A stretch of DNA of 37,865 nt from Candidatus Hadarchaeota archaeon. Lineage in GTDB: Archaea > Hadarchaeota > Hadarchaeia > Hadarchaeales > Hadarchaeaceae. Where the stretch lies: positions 1 to 37,865 of the forward strand of contig CAYSRF010000002.1 in assembly GCA_964433595.1 (NCBI GenBank). The letters are read 5' to 3'. Positions 16,837 through 23,633 of the stretch are shown in pieces; position 1 is the stretch's first letter, and each line of letters opens with the position of its first letter. The position numbers and the translations under genes were made by a program. The notes beneath the pieces are model-generated. The model was given only the letters and a program-made list of their open reading frames with translations, was not told the DNA's origin and did not search any database.

Positions 16837-17574
16837 TTAAAGATAAGCTGGCTTGGCTGAAAACTCGAACCGAAGTATTCTATTAGCTTCTATTTCATCG
16901 AGTTCTAACTCCACGTATTGCCTGTTCTTTTTCTTCCTATCTCTTTTTACCTCCAACTGTTTTAAAGGAATTTTATCTCCATTTTCAAAGGTGTAACAGT
17001 ACACTGATTTACTGGTTGCAATAGCGTTGGGGGGATAGAGTATTTTAATCTTTAAATCCTTAATTAGGGACTCCTGTTGAAACTCAAACCATTCGCCATG
17101 CTCAAGATCCTTAAACTGTTTATATTCCTGTATCCAAGTATACCCATAAGGTTTCAGTGGCTGGGCAGGTTCTTTAAATTTTACACTGATTCTCATATGT
17201 GTTGGTTCCTTGGTCAAAGGGGTTATCTTCAGCTCGTTATTTTTTTCGTCGTGTGCGTATTGTTTAAGGCTTTTGAAGAAACGTTCATCCCCCCAAATAT
17301 GGTGCCAAGTTTTCTTTACCTCCCTACTTGCGAGGTTAACAAAGGCAACCTCGTTAGTTTCTAGCGTATGTCCTTCAAAATTCTTTATATCCACTTCACA
17401 ATTCCAGTGAAGGTAAAATCTCCCCCTTTCTACGGCCTCTCTTATAGTTTTTATTAGTTCTTCCTTTCTTTTTCTGCTAGTTGCCCACTCATAAATCTTT
17501 ATTGCGGTAAGGCTAATGCCGAGGAGAGAGCCAATAACCCAAATGACGTCTGGCAATAAACCTGCTAGCATCAA
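16837..17574 (-). CDS. Hypothetical protein with a single N-terminal transmembrane helix
   Basis: LLPDVIWVIGSLLGISLTAIKIY is a hydrophobic anchor. The rest is a soluble domain of unknown family. Confidence 0.45.
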   Translation of the reverse strand: MMLAGLLPDVIWVIGSLLGISLTAIKIYEWATSRKRKEELIKTIREAVERGRFYLHWNCEVDIKNFEGHTLETNEVAFVNLASREVKKTWHHIWGDERFFKSLKQYAHDEKNNELKITPLTKEPTHMRISVKFKEPAQPLKPYGYTWIQEYKQFKDLEHGEWFEFQQESLIKDLKIKILYPPNAIATSKSVYCYTFENGDKIPLKQLEVKRDRKKKNRQYVELELDEIEANRILRFEFSAKPAYL

Positions 17575-17679
17575 CCTACCTTCTTTTGTAAGTAATAAAT
17601 CAATATCCGTTTCTCAGGCTCTCGAGACCATGTCTTTCCCGCACATTCTTTTATCAAAGTCCACTGGTATTTGCCATCT

Positions 17680-18123
17680 TTAGAATATCCACCCGACCAC
17701 CCACCCGATCGCGAACCAGTAGAGCATATCGAGGTTGAGCAGTAAGGACGCTTTATAACCGACGCCCCGCGCCAGCCGCCCGTAAACTTTCCTCCAAACA
17801 TGCGGATCTCCAAAAGCAATCAGCGGGTAGATGCAGAGCACCAGCGGGATGACGATGACGAAGCCGAAATAACTAGCCGAAGTCCCGACTATGAAAGCAA
17901 GCCCGCACTCGGCACTGGCTAGGAGCGAGTAAAGCGCGAGCCTCCGGTTGCCCTTCCTCATTTCGTGCTTCATTCGGGCCATGAACCTGGCATAGCCCTC
18001 GTCGAACCTTCGGGCCAAGAAGTCGCCGGGGGTGAGGATTAGGCGCTTGACGTTCATCCGATCGTAACAGATTTTATCCCTACGCCCAAAATCACTTTCG
18101 GCGTTCGGCGGGGCGTGAGTCAT
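17680..18123 (-). CDS. Hypothetical membrane protein (GC-rich backbone relic)
   Basis: Two or three hydrophobic segments (LALYSLLASAECGLAFIVG, FGFVIVIPLVLCIYPLIAF, MLYWFAIGWVVGWIF). GAGGT lies upstream of the ATG. Confidence 0.5.
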   Translation of the reverse strand: MTHAPPNAESDFGRRDKICYDRMNVKRLILTPGDFLARRFDEGYARFMARMKHEMRKGNRRLALYSLLASAECGLAFIVGTSASYFGFVIVIPLVLCIYPLIAFGDPHVWRKVYGRLARGVGYKASLLLNLDMLYWFAIGWVVGWIF

Positions 18124-18271
18124 CGGTTTGACCTCAATCTTTCCGGTGGGATCACTTCTCCAACCCCCCGAGCGCCCCGAGCCGAAGCCCTTTTTTACCC
18201 GCTCTCAAACCGTTTATTGGCAATCCGCGGCCTCAAGCTTTCAGCCTCCACAAAACTGGAAGTTAGCGGTT

Positions 18272-18383
18272 GCGGGCCGCGCGTGGCCGGGCCTAAGTGA
18301 AATCCCTTCACTTAATCGACCTCCCGACCACGCGCAGAGGTTTCAAAACCCGAGTTCTGAAACGGGGTTAGACACCCGCCCGC
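18272..18383. other. GC-rich multi-stem inverted-repeat element in a non-coding stretch (possible structured RNA)
   Basis: Outer stem GCGGGC/GCCCGC (18272-77 with 18378-83). A 13-position stem pairs 18279-18291 with 18323-18335, with 12 Watson-Crick pairs. The remaining position is G-U if transcribed from the minus strand. Inner hairpin AAGTGA-aatccct-TCACTT (18295-18313). Confidence 0.25.
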
Positions 18384-18509
18384 AGACGGAGCACCTAGGC
18401 ATATGTTCCTCACCCTTGTCTTTTCCACCCCCAAATCCGATTACTGCAATTTTTATCTTTGGATAATTCTCTAGGAGAGGTTTTTCCTTAGGTCTCAAGT
18501 TCCTATTCG

Positions 18510-18815
18510 TTATATATCCCATTCTGGAAGTTGATCACATATCTTGCATCTTCTAAAATTGGAAATCTCTCGGTTGTGCCATTTTAAAGTCTTTTTTTGA
18601 TTTATGCAATCTTCAGCTTCCTCTCTACTCAAATATATAGGCCCCCCATCCATTGAAATTTTATAGCTTTTTGGGTCATAGTGTTTCAAAATTTGATCTC
18701 GAGAAGAGAAATCCAACCCTTTAAAATAGGGATTTAAATGAACTTTATGACCACCTTCTTCTTTCGCTGTAGGAAAATCTACGTTAACAACATACTCTTT
18801 AGAGGCATCTATCAA
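18510..18815 (-). CDS. Hypothetical protein (101 aa)
   Basis: ORF in the AT-rich block, last gene of a three-gene minus-strand cluster. No family recognised. Confidence 0.4.
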   Translation of the reverse strand: MIDASKEYVVNVDFPTAKEEGGHKVHLNPYFKGLDFSSRDQILKHYDPKSYKISMDGGPIYLSREEAEDCINQKKTLKWHNREISNFRRCKICDQLPEWDI

Positions 18816-18863
18816 TTTAGCCCCATTTGACCATGAACCTTTCAGGGCTATAAACGTAATTTA

Positions 18864-19247
18864 TCAAAATGTCGTTTTGCCTCTTTTCCTGATTCTCCAC
18901 CAAGTACGCCTGATCTCAACTCCATAATCTCTCGCGAATTCTTTAATTGCTGATGGGACTTCGGTATTGCTAGCAATGTAGATTATAGTTCGTTGCGCTT
19001 TGTATTGCCCTTTGTCCTGCAAGATTTTTTCAATGTCATAACGCGTCAATAGGCGTCTACACTTTGCATCGATGACTGCCCTCTCGTGTCCACGATAAGC
19101 TACGTAATCTGGATACCATGTTTCTTTTCTTCTGAAACCTCGAATCGGTTTTGTTTCTATTTTCCACCCGTCCTTTTTTGGGAAATTTTTCCTTACGGTT
19201 TGATAGATATATCTCTCAAAGACCGCAAACTCGGCGGGGCGCCACAT
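18864..19247 (-). CDS. Restriction-endonuclease-like protein (Mrr_cat/PD-(D/E)xK)
   Basis: YPDYVAYRGHERAVIDAKCRR...IIYIASNTEVPSAIKEFARDYGVEI fits the Mrr catalytic-domain pattern (D ... D/E-x-K, followed by the ...A...A......i.l tail). Confidence 0.6.
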   Translation of the reverse strand: MWRPAEFAVFERYIYQTVRKNFPKKDGWKIETKPIRGFRRKETWYPDYVAYRGHERAVIDAKCRRLLTRYDIEKILQDKGQYKAQRTIIYIASNTEVPSAIKEFARDYGVEIRRTWWRIRKRGKTTF

Positions 19248-19265
19248 TTTTAGCCTCTCTATGAT

Positions 19266-19886
19266 TTAGCTTAGAACTTCGCAATGACCTGATTGATCCA
19301 AAATATAACCGTGCCAATAAGTATCCCAATCTATGTCTCCCTCATCGGGCCGTGCATCTCCGATTATCAAAAGAAACTCTCCACTCCACGTCTTCCTTAG
19401 TTCCCTGATCTTGGTAGAGATATTTTCTAGTATCTTGTTTCTAATTTGTTTAATTTCATCAGCGGTAATTTCTTCAACGGATGTCCGTTTCTTGGCCCGT
19501 TTCTTAGGCCAAGTATATGTAATTAAAATTCTGAGTTCACATTTCTTGTGCTTATAAAGATGTAACAATCTCAGGAGCTCACTTTCATTTACTCCTTCAT
19601 AATCGTTTTCATGCTCTATTAGTATGGATGGATTTTTCGAGTCGCCCCTATACCAAACAAAGTCGATTTTCACTTCACTATCTTGGAGATAGCCCATTTT
19701 CTTTGCGAGTTTCGTCAGGAAAACGGCCATGACATGAGTCCACTGAGTATCAGTCCCCCAATTACCTTGTTCATTAAAGAATTCTCTCTGTATTCTAACC
19801 CCGTCATCGTTTGGGAGTTCTTCAACAAATTTTTTGAACCATTCCGCAGCAGAGACCATACAAAGTATATTTTTGAGAAATGACAA
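19266..19886 (-). CDS. Hypothetical protein, possible PD-(D/E)xK-fold nuclease
   Basis: KIDFVWYRGDSKNPSILIEHEND resembles a D...E-x-E nuclease core. It lies 18 nt upstream of the Mrr-like gene. The start could be the internal MVSAAEW. Confidence 0.35.
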   Translation of the reverse strand: MSFLKNILCMVSAAEWFKKFVEELPNDDGVRIQREFFNEQGNWGTDTQWTHVMAVFLTKLAKKMGYLQDSEVKIDFVWYRGDSKNPSILIEHENDYEGVNESELLRLLHLYKHKKCELRILITYTWPKKRAKKRTSVEEITADEIKQIRNKILENISTKIRELRKTWSGEFLLIIGDARPDEGDIDWDTYWHGYILDQSGHCEVLS

Positions 19887-20007
19887 CTTAAATCTTTATT
19901 TCTTAACCTTCCTCGGAGCGCGGCGGTTGCCCCTTTTTACTGATTTAAAGGACAAGGTTGTAAATTACTTTTTCTCTTAGCCTTTCTCTAAACAAGTTGA
20001 CAAATTG

Positions 20008-20086
20008 GCACTCTCTCGAGGAAGAGGTGTCAAAACAGGAGGGTAACACCTCCTATTTCGCAAGTTACTGATTTGCAACTCATGAA
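20008..20086 (+). repeat. Left copy of an approximately 80-nt direct repeat bracketing the HD/nuclease-like gene pair
   Basis: By hand alignment it matches 22007-22086 at about three quarters of positions with one 1-nt indel. It contains the hairpin AGGAGG-gtaaca-CCTCCT (20037-20054). Confidence 0.7.
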
Positions 20087-20167
20087 AGCTCGAGAAATAC
20101 TGAAGCAGTCGGGGCGAACCCCGATAAGTTTGATTTAAAAGCAGCTGGTCAAGTTAAATACGATTAT

Positions 20168-21247
20168 ATGGAACAATCAGAACCCGAGGGAATAAACAAA
20201 GAGATCCTAAAGACCCTCAGAAAAAATAGAAGAGTTCGGCGAAGGTTTGACCTAAGGTCAATTGACCAGCAACTAATAGAGTTCCTTAGTGAGTCAGGTT
20301 TTGACAAGCGAAAAGAACTAGCTATTTCAATGGTAAGGGCTGTGTTGAAGAAACATGGAAAAGAAAATCCCTTAGCTGCCTTTTCGTCGCGTCTATCTCA
20401 GATTGAAATTGGTATTCAACAGTTTAGTCCTTATTTACGAGATCATGTGACTCATTCTACCTACGTATTTCTTCTCGGATTATTTTTTATGAACAAAGTC
20501 AATAAAATTGAAAAGAAAGTTCAAAAACCTCTGAGTTGGAAATTGGCAGCACTCCTTCACGATATTGGTTACCCCGTCGAACTCTTCGCTCGCTCAACTG
20601 ACGATTATCTAAAACGCATTAACGCTTTGAAGACAGAGATCCCACAGAGGAGTGGCTCAAAGCGGTCTCGACTTCATTATGCAGTAAATATTCTGGGTCT
20701 TGAGGAACTAAGTTCAGGACAAAATGCTTTCAAACTAATCGAAAATCGGTTGGGAGAGTGGGGTATTGAGCTTAAACTTAAAAAAATCTTCAATCAAAAA
20801 TTGAAAAGAGGAATTATAGATCATGGGATTTTAAGTGCTCTGGTAGTTTTGAACATCATTGACGCGTTATATACGAGATATAATCCGGAACATCTTGAAG
20901 AATCGGTTGTTGTTGAAGGTATAGACTGGAACATAAAATTTTTCAGAGGTGAAGTGTTGGATGCGGTTACGGCTATCGCGATTCATAATTTGTTGGAAAA
21001 GATAGTTTTTGAAGAGGCCCCTTTGGCTTACCTCCTTGTACTCAGCGATATCCTCCAAGAGTGGGATAGATACTCTGCTGGTCAAAGGGTATATGACCCA
21101 TATTCAGTCAAAATAGAATTTTCGAAAGATAACATCATTTTGTGTAAACTGAACTTGCCAGAGATGAAATATCGAGAAATCAAGAACGTAATTGAGGAAA
21201 AACTTAAAGCGAAGGCGTTTCAAATTAAATGTGAGACGAAGTATTAA
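20168..21247 (+). CDS. HD-domain metal-dependent phosphohydrolase family protein
   Basis: H...HD...D pattern: LRDHVTHSTY, AALLHDIGYPVE, IIDHGILSALV. Confidence 0.6.
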   Translation: MEQSEPEGINKEILKTLRKNRRVRRRFDLRSIDQQLIEFLSESGFDKRKELAISMVRAVLKKHGKENPLAAFSSRLSQIEIGIQQFSPYLRDHVTHSTYVFLLGLFFMNKVNKIEKKVQKPLSWKLAALLHDIGYPVELFARSTDDYLKRINALKTEIPQRSGSKRSRLHYAVNILGLEELSSGQNAFKLIENRLGEWGIELKLKKIFNQKLKRGIIDHGILSALVVLNIIDALYTRYNPEHLEESVVVEGIDWNIKFFRGEVLDAVTAIAIHNLLEKIVFEEAPLAYLLVLSDILQEWDRYSAGQRVYDPYSVKIEFSKDNIILCKLNLPEMKYREIKNVIEEKLKAKAFQIKCETKY

Positions 21248-21282
21248 TCCCTCTTCAAGAGAAACCATAAAGATGAGAACCG

Positions 21283-22038
21283 ATGCACGCAATTCGTCGT
21301 TTTGGTCTCTGGGAAACCAGTGAGAAGACCGTGGAGGTCAACGTGCTCAGTGATATGGCGTGCCTGCTAGAGAGTAGTACGGGGAGAAAGGTCACAATAG
21401 TATCGCCTACACAATCACAAGAGAACACGTTGGGTTTTGATGATATTATTGAGGGTCTTCCCTCTGGACGTGCCGTAGCGCTCCAATTCAAACGTCCATT
21501 TCAGCTAAGACGACCTTCCAACGCCGTTAGATTCATTATAGATACCCAGCAGCTCCAGCGTCTTCTGAATAACTTCATGGCCGGAGAGGCCTTCTATGCG
21601 CTAGTACCATTTCCTTTGACTACAGATCTTCTTAGAAATAGGGCACAACTACTCGAACTTTCATGTGCGTTAGACGTTTTTGATATTCCCAATCCTAGAA
21701 AAATTTCGCAGAATACTAGGACAATCAGGCACTACACCGGAACCACCCTCTCCGGACTCTCCATTATAGGGGTAGAGGTCTCCGATCCTTGGACCTTTGA
21801 GGGGCTAGAACGAATTAGCACTCTTAAATCTTTATGTCACCAGCTAATTGAGAACAGGATTGGTCGCTCAACGAGGGAGCAAAGAGAACGCCCGAGGGAA
21901 AGAAAGAAGTTAGGAGTTAGACGTCTGTATTACTTACATCTAAGCTCGGACCTAATACCGCACCAAAGTGGAACCAATAAAAGAAGCGGGAGTATTGTTA
22001 AGGTTCGCACCCTCTCACGGAGGAAGGTGACAAAATAG
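21283..22038 (+). CDS. Hypothetical protein with a PD-(D/E)xK-like core
   Basis: ETSEKTVEVNVLSD...ENTLGFDDIIEGLPSGRAVALQFKRP fits an E...D...QxK nuclease-like pattern. It is visibly GC-richer than the adjacent HD gene. Confidence 0.4.
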   Translation: MHAIRRFGLWETSEKTVEVNVLSDMACLLESSTGRKVTIVSPTQSQENTLGFDDIIEGLPSGRAVALQFKRPFQLRRPSNAVRFIIDTQQLQRLLNNFMAGEAFYALVPFPLTTDLLRNRAQLLELSCALDVFDIPNPRKISQNTRTIRHYTGTTLSGLSIIGVEVSDPWTFEGLERISTLKSLCHQLIENRIGRSTREQRERPRERKKLGVRRLYYLHLSSDLIPHQSGTNKRSGSIVKVRTLSRRKVTK

Positions 22039-22086
22039 GAGATTAACATCTCCCATTTCGCAGATTACCCGTTTGCAACCTACGAA
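22007..22086 (+). repeat. Right copy of the approximately 80-nt direct repeat; overlaps the 3-prime end of the 251-aa ORF
   Basis: Hairpin GGAGAT-taac-ATCTCC (22038-22053). TAACATCTCC (22044-22053) is also complementary to GGAGATGTTA at 22090-22099. Confidence 0.7.
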
Positions 22087-22256
22087 TCAGGAGATGTTAC
22101 CCCCGCCCTCCGAGTTCAGCTCCGCCAGGTTGTTCGTAGCGTAATTAATGTCAAATCAACGCCAAAGACTTGAGACAACTTATCGTGTACTTTGGTATGG
22201 GCCGCGTACCAATTTAAATTAAGTTTAGTGTGATTTGTAACATAGAAGGTGTAAGA

Positions 22257-23141
22257 ATGAATCTTCTACAGCGGCAGCAAAGAAAAGAGAGCCAGGAACA
22301 TATCCGTAGAACCTTAGTCGAACTCGGATCGGCCACTTTCACAGAACTATGGAAAAAAACTAAAATTGGATCAAAAACTACCTTCAGTAAAAGGTTACAG
22401 GAACTTGAAGAAAGAGGCGAAGTTGTAAGAAAACACGTACAGCAAAAAGGTAAACGACCTAAATATATAATAAAGCCGTCTTGGAAAGCTCTAGACCCAA
22501 TTAACGGGACACTTACAGAGCTAGAACGTGTGGTGGGCCCTTATGCTAGGCTTGACATAGGATTAGGAAAGAAATTTCTAACAAGAAAAGTGGCACAAAC
22601 TTGTATAGGTATCCTGGAATCACAATACGCTCCACTTGGCATTATTCCAGGCGAAAGTTGGTTCGAGAAACCAGGAGAAGAGCCTAAAGAAGATGGGTCA
22701 TTGTTCAATGAAATCAAGTTCCTTCAAGCGTTGGCTTGTTACGATGCGGAAGAATATGGGATACTGCTAACCGCAAAAGAATATGGAATAAGTCAGGCAG
22801 CTGAAAAGGAGAAAAGGCATTTGAAAGGTGAAAGAGAACACGTTACTCCGGAGCATGGGATATATTGGATCACGAAATTGGACTACGAAAAACCCGTTCT
22901 TGAATTTCTGATAAATAATGTAAAAGATGCAAAACTTTTCCCAGCAAGAGCAATAGTTCGAAAGAGAGGGCTTCAGGCACATTTCGAAGCACTTCTAAAA
23001 TGGGCAGAAGCCATCAGAAAAGGATCAAAGATTTGTGGCGACCTTTATGGACAAGAATATTTTAGCCACAAGCATCGCGTCGTAGAAGGAGCAAAAATAA
23101 AGATGGGAGGCAACAAAAATGAAAATGCAAATTCAGATTAA
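22257..23141 (+). CDS. Winged-helix DNA-binding protein (MarR/ArsR-like N-terminus) with an unknown C-terminal domain
   Basis: IRRTLVELGSATFTELWKKTKIGSKTTFSKRLQELEERGEVVRK is a wHTH. I prefer ATG 22257, with aatttaaatt about 40 nt upstream. Confidence 0.5.
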   Translation: MNLLQRQQRKESQEHIRRTLVELGSATFTELWKKTKIGSKTTFSKRLQELEERGEVVRKHVQQKGKRPKYIIKPSWKALDPINGTLTELERVVGPYARLDIGLGKKFLTRKVAQTCIGILESQYAPLGIIPGESWFEKPGEEPKEDGSLFNEIKFLQALACYDAEEYGILLTAKEYGISQAAEKEKRHLKGEREHVTPEHGIYWITKLDYEKPVLEFLINNVKDAKLFPARAIVRKRGLQAHFEALLKWAEAIRKGSKICGDLYGQEYFSHKHRVVEGAKIKMGGNKNENANSD

Positions 23142-23550
23142 AATCTCTCCAAATTTTTTACATATTTTGCACATTAAAGAAGGAAAACAACTGCTACACG
23201 AGTTAAAAACAATCCAGCTTTGGAAAGGTTATCGATGGTATCCCAAGCTCGAGGAACTTGAAGTTCTTTCACTCTATTCCGAATTTGTGCGTATACTCTG
23301 TAAAACGAAAATATACCCTACAAAAGAACAAATAGACGCAATATTTCGCGAGCAAGCTGAGGGCAGACTTCGTGTACTTGATATATTTTTTAGGCGCGAT
23401 TTATTGTGCGGGAGCCGCTTAAGACTCAATGAAGAAGAAAAAGATTTCTTAGCCCGTGTAGTTGAAAATTTGCTTTCAATCTTCCTAATGAATTTGAGAG
23501 GATATTGCGTTAATGAGGTTTTTGATTTGGTCTCTATTCCCCTTTCTTAA
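23119..23550 (+). CDS. Hypothetical protein (143 aa)
   Basis: ORF overlapping the previous gene by 23 nt. No family recognised. Confidence 0.35.
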   Translation: MKMQIQIKISPNFLHILHIKEGKQLLHELKTIQLWKGYRWYPKLEELEVLSLYSEFVRILCKTKIYPTKEQIDAIFREQAEGRLRVLDIFFRRDLLCGSRLRLNEEEKDFLARVVENLLSIFLMNLRGYCVNEVFDLVSIPLS

Positions 23551-23633
23551 TTTGCAAGAAAAATTTTGGGGGAGTACCGGAACCTCTTTGAACGGTTCAA
23601 CAAAGACTTTGCTATTTTGAGTCTACACATAAG

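Noticed and set aside
18115-18466. 61-aa and 112-aa plus-strand ORFs in the GC-rich spacer.
   Set aside because: The translations are low-complexity and Pro/Ser-rich, with no motif. The region is better described as structured non-coding DNA or a decayed gene.
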